The notes under the pieces are model-generated. The model was not told the DNA's origin. It made no database searches and worked only from the letters and a program-made list of their open reading frames with translations. DNA of 64,000 bases, from NCBI GenBank assembly GCA_964016885.1, contig OZ024741.1, positions 73,408,001 through 73,472,000 of the forward strand, in the 5' to 3' direction. Below, piece after piece: positions 28,930 to 43,201 of the stretch (position 1 is its first letter; the number at the start of each line of letters is the position of its first letter). Origin of the DNA: Eledone cirrhosa (taxonomy: Eukaryota). The position numbers were made by a program, and so were the translations under genes.

Positions 28930-29778
28930 CGTGTGTGTGTATTATGTACTTATATAGACACACATTTACATACATATAATATTTGTTTACTATAGTTATG
29001 TAGCGTAATATTTGTTTGAAGTTGAGTGTGAGGATGTCTCTAGTCGAGCCTAGATGAGGATGAAAGTGTGATGAATAGAGATTGGTGGAAAGAGGTGGGT
29101 AGAGTGGTAGAAAGTTTAAGTATGAATGAGGGAAATGGTGGAAAAAAGTAGAGGAGTAGACACACATGAATATTTTTGTTTCTCAACAATAGAGTGGATA
29201 TCATGAAAGTGAACTATATATGGCTTCTGAAAGATTTCAATGTGGACTAAAATAATGAAATTGTGAAATATAACAAGACCTGCATATGATAAATAATACT
29301 ACGCATGAAATCTAAAGCTGGAAAAGTATAACTATTTATACATATTGCATACATTATATGTATGTATACACACACACACACAAACACATTAATATATATA
29401 TATATATATATATATTTACGTAGACAACGAAGCGTATGTGCATAAACGCATCTGCACTGTGTCGTATTTGTGACAGTAATTGTATGAGTATGTAGGCGTT
29501 CTTTGATTTCTTTTACATATATATATATATCAGGATTAAACCAGTATTAGACTATTTCTGATAAATACATATATATTCACATGTTCACACATATATCTAA
29601 TATATGTGTACATATATGTGTTTGTGTATGTATCTATATATTTATATGTCTGTATGTGTCTACACAAGTACAAAACTTTATTTACTTCTTTATACATGCA
29701 AATATAAACACATACATAGATATACACAGAAAAAGACAAACTTGTGTATACAAATATATATATATGTGTTTGTGTATG

Positions 29779-29809
<31 letters not shown>

Positions 29810-30283
29810 GTGTGTATATATATATATATATATACACACACGTGTGTACACATGTATATTAGAAAGGTAAACATTATAAGTCAGAGACAAAATAAGAGTA
29901 AAAAAATTGGATCAAAGAAGATTTCAAAGATCTTCATATACTTATAAATACCAGACTGTTCTGTGAGAAGGGGCGGTTTGGGAAAACCTACTGATTCTAC
30001 TCCAGCACTTTGCAGATACACACATACACATACGCGCATACAAACTAGCAAGCAAACATACATTTATATATAACTAAATACACATTTATGAATACGTACA
30101 TATATATATACACGTCTATATATATATCCAAATAAATACAAACACGAACTCTTATTTATACAATATTTTTTCTTCATATCCAACTGAAAAGTTTCATCTA
30201 TTAAAAAATTATTCAGACGAACCTTCCGATAACAAACGAAATCAACGCATATATATATATATATACATGTGTGTGTATGTATG

Positions 30284-30333
<50 letters not shown>

Positions 30334-30373
30334 TGTGTGTGTATGTATATATACATGTGTGTGTATATATATG

Positions 30374-30480
<107 letters not shown>

Positions 30481-30503
30481 GTGTGTGTGTGTATATATGT
30501 ATA

Positions 30504-30538
<35 letters not shown>

Positions 30539-30595
30539 TTATATACATGTGTGTGTATGTATGTATAAATATATATATCTATATATATATATATA

Positions 30596-30772
30596 TAGGA
30601 ACCAGTAAGACCCCGACAGCTGAGCTCAAGCCGTTTCTGAATTAGCCGTCGAAACGGCTTGAGCTCAGCTGTCGGGGTCTTACTGGTTCCTATTACCCAC
30701 TCTACTACCTCAAGTATTGAGTACTTTGGTGCGTTATGGTCCACCTGGTTCCTTACCACATTTCCTTCGTTA
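30596..30772 (+). mobile_element. Short hairpin-ended Penelope-type terminus
   Basis: Perfect ~42-bp inverted arms plus a ~77-nt tail, in (TA)n. Homologous to the 16010 and 57327 copies. Confidence 0.72.
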
Positions 30773-30775
30773 TAT

Positions 30776-30806
<31 letters not shown>

Positions 30807-30813
30807 CATATAC

Positions 30814-30848
<35 letters not shown>

Positions 30849-30969
30849 CATGTGTGTGTATGTATGTATAAATATATATATCTATATATATATATATACT
30901 GATGAGGGACTCATTTTATAACATGTTATCCATGTGCAACCAGCAGTATTCTTCTCCCCATTTTTTCAC

Positions 30970-31000
<31 letters not shown>

Positions 31001-31056
31001 CATATACAGATACATATGTGTGTGTGTGTGTGTGTATACATGTGTGTGTATGTATG

Positions 31057-31165
<109 letters not shown>

Positions 31166-31612
31166 ATTCAGAGATACATTGTGAGAGGAGAATGTTAATA
31201 ACTAATAGAGATGTACCAAACTGACTTAACCGCACCCCTGCCCTGCCTAACGTGGAGAAAAAAACAATATGAGATAAACTGTGGAATAAATAAAGGCTAA
31301 ACATCAAACAATAAGCCGCCCCGACCGCTACAAATATGTTACCTTGCTAAATACAGCGTTGTTTTGATGTTAGACAACCTTATATTATACAGTTGTTTAC
31401 TGTGTGTGAAGAGATAGAGGTAGAGAGGAGAGAGAGGTGGGAGAGAGAGGTAGGGAGGAGAAAGGGGTGGGAGGGAGAGATATGGGAGAGAAAGAGATGG
31501 GAGAGAGAAATGGGACAGAGATGGGAGATGGGAGGTAGAGATGTGAGAGAGAGAGATAGGAGATAGAGAGAGATGCGAAAGAGAGAGATGAGAGAGAGAT
31601 GGGAGAGAGAGG

Positions 31613-31649
<37 letters not shown>

Positions 31650-31663
31650 GATGGGAGAGAGCG

Positions 31664-31742
<79 letters not shown>

Positions 31743-31826
31743 GATGTGTTTGTTTGTGAGAGAAAGTGAAAAAAAGATAGTCGAAGAGAGAGTCGAAGAG
31801 AATGATGCAGACAGAAAGAGCGAGAC

Positions 31827-31898
<72 letters not shown>

Positions 31899-32600
31899 CA
31901 GACAAACAGATAGAGAGAGTGTGTGAGAGAGAGTAACACTCAAACAGAGAAAGACAGTGACAGAGATAAATGGTGAGTTTTGTATGTATGGTTTACTATA
32001 AATAGGGTTAAGTGTTGTAATATGGTGTGATGTGTTGATGTGGGAATGTGGTAATATTCCAATATAGTGTTGTGGGAACGTGGTAATGTAAAGATGTGTG
32101 ATGCGGGATTGTGGGATTGTGATAGAGGATGAATCGTTAGTATGAGGATAGAATGTGGAGGAAACAAAAGAATTGATTGTGGACAGATTAGAAGAGGATG
32201 AGTAGTTGGAAAATAGTAATTAGCGTGATGAGGAGAGAACAAATGGGATGGAGGAGTAGAGTATGGTTGACAGGGGGAGTTGAAAGGTGGAAAAGGGCAG
32301 AGAAAGGGAGACAAAGTAAGAATGAAAGAAGGAGAGAAGGGAAAAGAGGGAAAGGCGGAGTAAGAATGAAAGAAATATAAAAGGGAAGAAAGAGTTGAAG
32401 TGAGAATAAGGCGGTGAGGACAGAGATACAGAATGAGGGAGATGGAATGAGAATGACAGGGGGGCGGAGCAGAGAGGGAGAGGAAGGTGAGATGTGAGGT
32501 AAGGGTGAAAGAAAAATAGGGGAAGAGAGATAAATGGAGTGAGAATGCAAGGGGTGACGGAAAGAGAGAGATAGAGTGAAAATGGAAGGGGAGAGGAGGG

Positions 32601-32631
<31 letters not shown>

Positions 32632-32649
32632 AATGGAAGGGGAGAGGAG

Positions 32650-32691
<42 letters not shown>

Positions 32692-32911
32692 GAGAGAGAG
32701 AGAACGAGAGAGTGGAAATGAAATAGTTGAGGATGACAGAAGTGAAGAAAAAAATTTTATTGTTGGAGGGTAGAGAATGAACTGTAGAGAGAGGAAGAAG
32801 AAGAAGAAGAAGAAGAAGAAGAAGAAGAAGAAGAAGGAGAAGAAGAAGAAGAAGAAGAAGAAGAAGAAGAAGAAGAAGAAGAAGAAGAAGAAGAAGAAGA
32901 AGAAGAAGAAG

Positions 32912-33672
32912 ACTGCAATTTGTGGAAAGGGGAAAGTCGGTTGAATGGCCCCAGTACTGATACTTTATTTCATCGATCCCGGAAGGATGACAGGCAAAGT
33001 TGACATGGAGAGATTTGATCTCAGAATGTAAGGTGTCTGAATAAATACCACAGAGCATTTCGTGAGACGCTCAAAGTATTCTGCTAATCCAGCGCTTTCA
33101 AACGACAAATAATGGTTTCTGATTTAGGCACAAGGCCAGCAATTTTGGGGGAGAGGAAAGTCGATTGAATCGACCCCAGTGCGAGACTAGTACTTTATTT
33201 CATCGACCCCCGTAAGGATGAAAGGCAAAGGTAACCTCGGCTGGATTTGAACTCAGAACATAAAGGGCCGTAACTCTATGTCACGAAGCATGGTGCCAAT
33301 GCCCTATTATTATTTGTCAGTGGATTGGCAGTATCGGTAGAGGGTCGGGTGCCATGCTTTGACGCATAGAGTTACCTCCCTTTATGATCTGAGTTCAAAT
33401 CCCGCCGAGGTTAACTTTGCCTTTCATCCTTACGGGGTCGATAAAATAAAGTACCAGTAATGCACTGGGATAATTGCTGGCCTTGTGCCAAAAGTAGAAA
33501 CAATTATTTGTCAAACGACAAATAATGTTTTCTGATTTAGACACAAGGCCAACAATCTTTTATGGGGTAAAGTCGATTAAAACGACCCCAGTGCATAACT
33601 GGTGCTTTATCTTATCGACCCCCGTAATGATGAAATGTAAAGCTAATCTCGGCGAGATTTGAACTCAGAACG
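32912..33672. mobile_element. Cluster of four Meta-type SINEs (three minus, one plus at 33318-33508)
   Basis: SINE bodies and B boxes are visible. TCAAACGACAAATAATG is duplicated at ~33098 and ~33511. Confidence 0.85.
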
Positions 33673-34917
33673 TTTGTTTTCTTTTACACAACTCAGTAAA
33701 AAGCAATAGTAATAGAAACTTGCTCAAGATTCCATGTCATGAGATCGAAGCCGGTATCTCATGACTGCAAATTCAGCTTCTTAACTTCCTGATCTTACCT
33801 GCGTTCACAAGAGAAAGAATATAAGAAGCATGCGGCGAGAATATGTGATGGCGGAAGATATGAAAATAGCAACGATTTTGGAAAGATAAAACGCCAAGAT
33901 ACGATAATAGAAGGGACGAAATTAAACGAGATTAAAGAGAATAAGAGAAAACACTAAAAATATTGAGAAGAAAACTGAGATGAAATATATATAAAAATTA
34001 TGAAAACCATGATTTTGAAAGGAGACGTATGCAATGACTGAATGGAGCAGTAGACAAAGAAAGAGAAAAGGACATAAAAATTAAAATAAATAAATAATGG
34101 ATATTAATAAACTAAAATAGAAGAAAAGAGATAAATGATGCAAAATGTTTCAGTTTAAATCTGAAATATTTCCAAAATTGCTAATTGATGAAGGTTGGAC
34201 TCTGTTCTAACTAACAACCTAGTTTTCAAAGACACTATCGAAATTACAAGGCAGAATTTTAACCAAAATCTTGCAATTTTTCTCTTGATATATATATATA
34301 TTTTTAATACAATTTTCCTTACTCTTTAATATTGTCATGTACCCTTCCCATCTCCCCTCTTCCTTCACGACCCTCCTCCTAACCGTCATCACCATTATCT
34401 AATACTCCTCCCTTCACCTCTTTTTAAACACTATCACTACTTTATACTTCTCATCCTTCACGACAACATTCTCCATAACACCACCACCACTACCACCGCC
34501 GCCACCGCTGTCGCCGCCGCCGCCAACACCACCACCATCACCACCACCGCCGTCGCCGCCGCCACCACCACCAACACCACCACCATCGCCTCCCGCATTC
34601 ACCACAACCACCACCATCGCCGCCGCCACCACCACAATCACAACCACCACCAACACCAGCTCCCTTACCCCTCCCCCATCACAAAAATCTCTCCCTCCTC
34701 TTCCTCCGTCACGACCAACATCACAGCCAACTCCCTCCTCGCTTCCATCGCTCCTCCTTCTCCCCCTCCTCATCATCATCATCATCATTATCGTCATCTC
34801 TACTTTCCTTTCCTCACCTTTATTATTCCCTGTCTGGAACTATTTCTAATATTTATTCTTTCTTTCTTGCCGCGCGCGCGCACGTGTGTGTGTCTGTGTG
34901 TGTGTGTGCGTCTGTGT

Positions 34918-34967
<50 letters not shown>

Positions 34968-35067
34968 GTAAATATATGTATATAGGAGCGTGTGTGCGTT
35001 TGTAATTGTGAAGAAACAGGTAATTGTCCGAAAATTGGCATCTAGAAACCATGAGTAATAATATATA

Positions 35068-35138
<71 letters not shown>

Positions 35139-35161
35139 GTATGTATATGTATATATATATG

Positions 35162-35196
<35 letters not shown>

Positions 35197-35228
35197 GTAT
35201 ATATAAGTATACATACATATATATGTGG

Positions 35229-35282
<54 letters not shown>

Positions 35283-35301
35283 CTGTGTGTATATATATAT
35301 A

Positions 35302-35435
<134 letters not shown>

Positions 35436-35607
35436 CAGACACACTAAATATTGGTGCTCCAACATACCGTTAAATACATATATGTACGTGTTGTATATGG
35501 GATGTTTATGAAAAACATTTGACAGCATTTCGTTATGATTTTTTTATTGTTGGGACCACAGTCACACATCCTTAGTCTCAACAAAACCAGGGGAAGCAAC
35601 CGACAAC

Positions 35608-35708
<101 letters not shown>

Positions 35709-36089
35709 TCAGAAGTTATTGATTAAAAATAAAAATAACCAGAGTTAATTATGTACTCAATATAGAATCTCCTCTAAAGTTAATATATTGTACGAGAACG
35801 AGAGATTCCAAACACTCCGTTCAGTATCGAGTATCCTCTTTTCCCTTTATATTTATATTTAAGTGTTTACAAACGCGCGCACACACACACACAAACGTGT
35901 GCACAGACACACGCACACACGTGTGTTTGTGTGTGTGTGGATATGCAACCATATGCGTATTTACGCATATGTGTTTGTATGTAAATACAAAAATACTGTG
36001 AACAAGATAGAGTATAGTAAGTATACAACTGGGTGATTTAAAATTCTTAATAAAAACTCATCTTCCACGTTCTAACGACCAAGTAAAAT

Positions 36090-36605
36090 ATATCCAGTTA
36101 TGAATACAGAGCATGATGTGCACACCAGGATAGGCAAGGCATGGGTGGTGCTCTCAATTTCCAATAAAATGTGTAGGTGTCTCCAACCGAGAAAACTACG
36201 AAAATGAGGCTATTCAAAGCAACAGTTGAGGCCATTCTTCTCTTCGGTTGTGAGTTATGGATACTAATAAAAATCCTTACAAAGAGGATTAATGGCACAT
36301 TCATATGAATGCCGAGAAAGGTCCAGAGTATATTCTAGAGAACACACGTAGCAAATAAATCGCTCTACGGCTCACATCTTCACCTTTGCGGCGACATCAT
36401 AAGGCGTAGGAGGCTCGCATTAACCGGATATGTGAAACATCACAATGAACCTACTGATAGAGTTATTTCTGGAAACCTGATGTGTGCAGACGAATTGGGA
36501 AACCAACCACCATGCTGAAGGTTGTTCTTGAAGATGATACCGAGCTGGAAGCAAGGAAAATTCAGACAGCAATGCTAGACAAGGTGAGCTGGAGGAGGAA
36601 CCAGT
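36090..36605 (+). mobile_element. Decayed RTE-clade LINE fragment
   Basis: KMRLFKATVEAILLFGCELW...IIRRRRLALTGYV...IQTAMLDKVSWR, with stops and frameshifts. Confidence 0.78.
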
Positions 36606-36656
36606 AACGGATGTATAGAAGAAAATATAACCATAAATATTTTCTTCAGCGAATCA

Positions 36657-36942
36657 TTTTATGTTCTCTCTTTCCTTTAATTTTGAGATTAGTTTTAACC
36701 ACAAAAAACAATTGGGCCTCATTACCCAATTTTCTTCAGATATTGGAATGAAATTTGGTAAGTTCAAATGTCTATTTTTGACAATAAGACGTGGAAAAGT
36801 TGTGTCCCCCTCTGAAAACCTGAAAATGAACGACTTTACGATATAACTTCTACATTCAGGTGACGATATTTGGCGCATAAAATTTCAGGCCATCGACAAA
36901 GAATAGATGAGAGATACTTCTGAATCCGTTTCTATGGCCACT
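36657..36942 (-). mobile_element. Rearranged relative of R4 family B (3' end, inverted internal piece, RT piece)
   Basis: 36660-36690 matches the 3' end at 36967-36995. 36700-36864 (+) encodes KKQLGLITQFSSDIGMKFG. 36865-36942 (-) encodes RSISHLFFVDGLK. Confidence 0.75.
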
Positions 36943-36969
36943 ATGTATGTATGTATGTATGTATGTATG

Positions 36970-38846
36970 TTTTCTCTTTCTCTTAATTTCGAGTATATTT
37001 TTTTGACCGGCCACCTTCCTGGTGGCAAGGTTGTAAAAGAAAAGAAATTGTCATCCCTTGAATCGCAAGAATGTTTTGCATATTTTGAAGGTGCCAGCTA
37101 TCGCAGCCATTTGTAGACTATGAATTAGGGAGCTGCGCTTTTTGTCCGCAAATCCAAGTTCGGTCATACTTTGGTCCAAGCGGGTTGGTATATAACCCGT
37201 AACACCAATAATGATGGGTATGAAGCTAAAGGTGTATCTTGGATACTGGATGTGTAAGCTCCTCATCAATGGTCCGTAGATGTCCTCCTTCTCCTGTATT
37301 TTTCTGACAACGTTTACATCAAGTGGGCAGCTGATCTCCACAACAGAACACGTTTTCAATGTGTGGTCCCAAACTACAATATCAGGCCGGTTGTGCTTTA
37401 ATTTGGTGGCAGTTTTTATTTTCAGGTTCCACCAGTATTCCTTAGTGCCATCTGTCTCAATATATTCTTCCTCGTTTGTTGTTAATTTTGTTTTCCGAAG
37501 TGCGTTCCAGATAGTTCTAGCTATCCCATCGTGTCTCATGGGGAGGTAGTAGCGAGATGACATTCTTTCGCAGCTGGCAACAATGTGGCTTACATCCTCG
37601 ATCTTTGTTTTACATAGCCTACATTTATTGTCAGCTGCTGGCCCTCCTCTTTTGTGCAGCAGATATTTGGTAGGGAGTTCTTGTTCCTGTATTGCATAGA
37701 GATATCCCTCAAGGTGTGATGTCATAAACTTGTCGGAACTCCATGCCAGGCTTTTTGAGTGGTTTATCCCCTCTATGGTCTGTGTTTTACGCCTCAAGTA
37801 TCCATGCACAACTTTCTCTGTAAATTGGTCAATTTTTTTTTCTTGTTTGAACATTGAATAGGATCTTCCGATTTCTCTGGGTGAGAGATTTATATCAGGC
37901 TTTATTCCATATCTCTCCTCCAGATCAGTCGCTATTCTAATGATATTTCTTTTTTCATGCTCATAAACCTGAGCAAGATGGTCGCCAACCTTTTTCCTCT
38001 GTTGAAGGTGTTGCTTCAGTGTTACTATCCGGGTCTCATATGTTGTTAATATTGATTTTAGACCCCGGCCACCTTCCTTGCGTGAGAAGTATAGCCTATC
38101 CACATCACCATTGATGTTAAAGTTCCCAGTAACACTGAGAAGTTTTCGAGTTCTAACATCCATCTCACTTAGTTCTTGCAATGACCAGTTCAGTAGGCCA
38201 AATGTTGGCGTTAGAATTGGCACAGCATAGGTATTGTGGGCAATGTATTTGTTGTATGCTGACAGTTCTGATGACCATATTTTTTTTACTCTTCTGAGGT
38301 ATTCAGTTCTGGTTCTCTCCTTATTTATGGGTCCATCATATCTGACATTCTCATCCTGTCCAAGATATCTGTAGTTGTCACCTGACTGCAGAGGTTGTAT
38401 TGTCAGGCCGTTCATATCTAGATTTCTAGAGGAGGGCACAGCTCTTCCACGTTTTACTGCCAAATATGCACACTTGGACTCACCAAATTTCATTTTGATG
38501 TCGGTTGAAAATTGTGTAATGAGGTCCAATTGTTTCTTGATGTCATTGATATTTGGCCCATACAACTTCAGGTCATCAACAAAGAAAAGATGGGAGATAC
38601 TTCTGGGCCCACTTCTTTGTCCACCTTGTTTCCTGAGTAGGTAAGATAGTGGATTCAGTGAGAGAACGAAGAGTAGTACTGACAAGCTATCACCCTGAAA
38701 GATGCCCTTCTGGTAATGTATCCTATCAGTCTTAACCTGCTCCTTCTCACCTCTAAGGATCAAATTGGTGTACCAGTTCTTGGTCAGGCGTTCAACAGCA
38801 GCTACTAATGGTTGTGGGACTTTAGCTAACTGTAAAGCCTTAATAA
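36970..38846 (-). mobile_element. R4/Dong-like retrotransposon, family B, 5'-truncated, ORF uninterrupted
   Basis: Flanked on both sides by (CATA)n on the sense strand. Short 3' UTR. Confidence 0.92.
37051..38846 (-). CDS. Reverse transcriptase, CCHC zinc knuckle and restriction-like endonuclease (partial, no native start)
   Basis: GIFQGDSLS, HLFFVDDLKLY, YRYLG, GGRGL, CRLC..EDVSHIVASC, RHD, RPDIVV..VVEISCP..K. The frame stays open upstream of 38763 to the microsatellite. Confidence 0.92.
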
Positions 38847-38922
38847 TGTATGTATGTATGTATGTATGTATGTATGTATGTATGTATGTATGTATGTATG
38901 TATGTATGTATGTATGTATGTA

Positions 38923-39116
38923 TAGTTATCCATGCTAGGTACTCTTTATTCTTCCATTGGGGATTCAATCTGAACGAAAGAATCCGATCCAATGTCAATA
39001 TGGTGTCGTGCAGTCTATTTGTACTAGATGATTTAAATAATATAAGCACTAAATCCAACTGCGGTGTATATAGAGATGACGGATTAGCTATTAAAATACA
39101 TACTGCTAGGCATTAA
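38923..39116 (+). pseudogene. Penelope/Naiad-type RT fragment
   Basis: IHARYSLFF...LFVLDDL...CGVYRDDGLAI parallels ILSARKTLI...GLYRDDM in the intact ORF. Confidence 0.7.
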
Positions 39117-40124
39117 ATAGATTTACGTATAACCTCATCAACACATTGAACATCTTGACCTATATATATATATAAAGAGAAAGTGAGAGATAGATTGAAG
39201 TATGCGTGCCTATGTGTGTATATGTATATATGTACGTGTGTGCGTGATTAAATTATTTCTAAAACACTTTCTAAAATCTCGGTGTAATGCAACACTGAAC
39301 ACGTTTTCCTTGTGAGAACAGAAAATATAGCATTTAGTTAATGAATGAGAGAGAAAGAGGAAAACAGAGAGAGGGCAGAGAGGAAAAGAAGGAAAGGAAA
39401 AGGCAGAGCAATAGGGGATTAGAAAGCCATATGTTGCTGGCCAGGAAATTTATTATATTTATGATTTATGTGTCCACGTCACTATGTGAGTTATATTTGA
39501 ATACACACACACATATATACCCCACCACACACGCACATATACCCCACCACACACACACACACATATGCAGTTGAAGCCGCTTATTAGAATCGAGGATAAT
39601 GCTCTCAACCGACTATTGAGATCAATATATATGTGTGTGTGCGTGCGTGTGGGTGTATGGGTGTGTGGGTGTATGTGGGTGTCTGTGTGTGTGTGTATGT
39701 GTGAGAGAGAAAGAGAGAGAGAAAGCGGAAGGGAGAGATATACGTATGTAAGTATAAATTTGTATATATGTATGTATTTAAGCCATCCACTTGGTGATAT
39801 TTCGAAGTGCAGGAAACTGTTTCCTACTCAATCGTTCAAGAAGTCTGTCTTGGTATCTGAGATTAAATTCAGCTAATCCATTTATTTATTATTTTTTATA
39901 TCGCTGATTCATTTAGAATACTAGTCAAACCAGTTCACTATTTAGAAGGGTCCGTTTTACTTGAAACACTCTCATATACGTATTGGATATTATTAAATTG
40001 AAGTAGCTTTGTACGTCTGAGTCCTTTCAATTGTATCGCCATTGACTCAATACAAAAATGTTGATGTGACTATGGTAACTGTGAAGAGACTGCTGAGGTT
40101 TTGTTTCGGCCACAATGGTAATGG

Positions 40125-40760
40125 AAATGATTTCCAATTTATGCACAACATTTTAGAAGGAGAGGGTAAATCGATTAAATCGACACGTGCATTATTCTAT
40201 TGACCCCGGAAGATTAAAAGTTAACTTCGGCGGAATTTGAACTCAGAACGTAAATGGCCATGACTGAATGCTACATAGCATTCTCTCTGACGCCTTTAGG
40301 ATCCTGCCTATCAACCACCGGCCGTAATCTTAAGGGTTTCTGATTTAGGCACAAGGCTAAGAATTTTGCGGGCGAGGAAAGTCGATTAAATCGACGCAAG
40401 TGCGTTATTGGTACAATTGTATCGATCCCATAAGAATGAAAGGCAAAGCTAACCTCAGCGGTATTTGTACTCAGAACGTAAAGGGCTGTAACTCTATGCT
40501 GCAAAGCATGATGTCCGATGCTCTACTGATACTGCGAATCCACCACTGTAAATGTTTTGTGACTTAAGGAGAAGGCCAACAATTTTGAGGAGGAGAAATT
40601 CAATTAAGTCGACCCCAGTGCATTACTGATACATTATTTTATCGTTGAAAGTCAAAGTTAACCTCGGCGGGACTTAAACTCCGAATGTAAAGAACCATGA
40701 CTAAATAGTGTATAGCATTCTTTTTAGCGCGTTTAACATTCTACCAATCGACCGCCGGCC
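40125..40760 (-). mobile_element. Three tandem diverged Meta-type SINEs
   Basis: Repeated AAAGTTAACCTCGGCGG.ATTTGAACTCAGAA bodies. Confidence 0.8.
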
Positions 40761-41189
40761 GTAATGACAATAAAGTCAGTAAGCTGTTATTGTTAGTCCT
40801 ATGTCATCGGGCTACGATCATCCTGTCATTGTATAGGAATATAGGACAACTTTATACTATAATGAGGCCTTTTGTTTTTCTTATGTAGGACTGCGTTCTC
40901 TAATATATCCGTCCCTGTTATTTGAGTCAGACTGAGCTGCCATCTACTATCTTTCACATGTCGAATGACTACAAGGCTTTGGTTGACCCGTACTATTGCA
41001 GAAGAAACGCGATTTAGTTAGCTACACAGTGTAATTGTACGTCGTTGTGATCGTTGTGAAGTGGAATCCTTATCCACAGAATCACAGTCAATTTCCATAT
41101 ATTTAACACTACTTTAAAGAATATTTTGAACGGTATATGTGTATATATATATATATATATTTGTGTGTGTGTACGTAAATATGTATGTA

Positions 41190-42645
41190 TGTTGTGGTTT
41201 CATAATTTTATATTTTACCAATAGAGAGTCGGTTTCTAACATAGACACAAGTCTCTTTCATTGGAATTTAGACAACATCAACTAGGTAGATAAGTATGCA
41301 TGCGTGCATATGTGTGCAGGTATGAATATTATTATATATGTGGATGTGGACGTGTTGAGTTATATGCGTGCATGTGCATATGTTTTGTATCTGTACATGT
41401 GTACATATTTTTACAGTTCCATTAATTGATTCCTAACTAGTTGGGTATTTCTGATTCTGTTAAACCCATTTTTTCAAGATTTGTACTGAGGCAGTTACTA
41501 ACATATACCAGAGCCCCAATAATCACACGTATAAATCTGAAGGTATAGTCAAGGTGGAGTATCTGCAGATTCCTCATTAGTTCTGCATAGATGTTCTCCT
41601 TTTCGCAAATCTATACTATTATATTGACATCTGCTGGGCAGCTAACTTCCAATACTGTGCATGCCTTATTTTCCCAGTCCCATATCATTATATCTGTCTG
41701 TTATGCTTGCATTTTGGGAGGTTTTGACCGGAACATTCCACCAGTACTCTTTCATATTATGTATGTCTTTTAATATGTTTATTGTTTGGGCTATCTTTTC
41801 TACGGATTGCATTGTATAGTGTTTTGGCTACTACATTATGACTCATATGTAAATAGTACCATGATGACATCTTTGGACAGTTGCTTATGACACGGGTGAC
41901 ATCTTCGATGTTAATTCTGCAATGTCTGCGTTTGTTGTCACATCTAGGTGTTTTGCCTGCATCCCAATCTCTTTTGTGAATCAAGTATTTTGTATTGATT
42001 TCCAGTTCTTGGAATGCAAAAGCATATCCTTCAAAGTGACAGCTAATATAGCAGCTGTCAGTCCAAGACAGACTGCTTTACTTATCTATATTACTCTCAC
42101 TCTGGAGCTTCCTGGCAACATATCCATGTATGATGTTTTTCAGATAAGCATGCAGTTTTTCATCCATTGATTCACTACGGTATTACTGAACAATTTCCCT
42201 GGGTGTGAGTTTTTTTTATTATCATGCAGGGAGTATATTTCAAGGAGTTCCTTCCCAACTCTCATCATCTTATCTGTCTCATGTAGACAGACTTGCTCAA
42301 TAGATAGGCTCCTATGCTTGGTGGTTCGTAGATGTTGTCGGAGGAGTACTGTCTGGACTGATGTTAAGCCTCTGCTTCCTTGTTTACGTTTCAAGTAGAG
42401 GTGGTCTATGTCACTGTTGATGTGGAAGTTCCCGGCGTTGTTTTTCGGGTTTTGTCTATCGTCCAATCGAGTATTCCAAACGTTGGTGTTAGGATATGCA
42501 CATCAAACACATCATGATCCACTGTTTTATTGTGCGCAGATATTTCAGATGACCATATTTTTCTTAATCGGGTGTAATATTCTCAGGTTGCGCGTTCTCT
42601 GTTACAGAAACCATCATAGGATATATTCTCATCTATCCCTAGGTA
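41190..42645 (-). mobile_element. Decayed R4/Dong-like family A copy
   Basis: GNFHINSDIDHLYLKRKQGSRGL, CRINIEDVTRVISNC and RLE remnants. 3' UTR matches 6505-6732. TATG-type repeats on both sides. Confidence 0.85.
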
Positions 42646-42711
42646 TATGTATGATGTATGTATGTATGTATGTATGTATGTATGTATGTATGTATGTATG
42701 TATGTATGTAT

Positions 42712-43117
42712 AGGGAGAGATGACCCCTTAGCCTTTGTCAAGGCAGAATTCTAGGAGAAGGAAAACTCTGATATAACACCTGCAACCCTGATGGTATCCA
42801 ATGATGTTGACTTGTTCTTCTTTTTGGTAAATATCATCTTGGTTAAGAGAGTGGGACTAGCTTTGTGCAGTGCCTTTGCTCACTATAAAAGCTTTACGAC
42901 ACAGGCATTGCTTTATATCTGTAGATCTCTCTGCACTTGTCGTCACTTGGTACCATGGGCCCAGCACTATGTGTCAATAATTGTCACAAGTATAGTGTTT
43001 GTACCAGAGTTTTCAAGTCGCTGGCTGGACTAAAAAGTCACACTCGTTCAGCGCATCGGTAGGGGTTCTCCTACATGGATATAAAATATTGGCCGTACTC
43101 GAAAACGAGTTGGCAGC

Positions 43118-43201
<84 letters not shown>

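Noticed and set aside
31940-33058. 372-aa minus-strand ORF
   Set aside because: It runs through a SINE, a (TTC)n run and a pyrimidine-rich low-complexity tract that lacks stop codons by composition.
34414-34797. Gly/Val-rich ORF
   Set aside because: It is a degenerate (CCA/CCG)n repeat with no splice or homology support.
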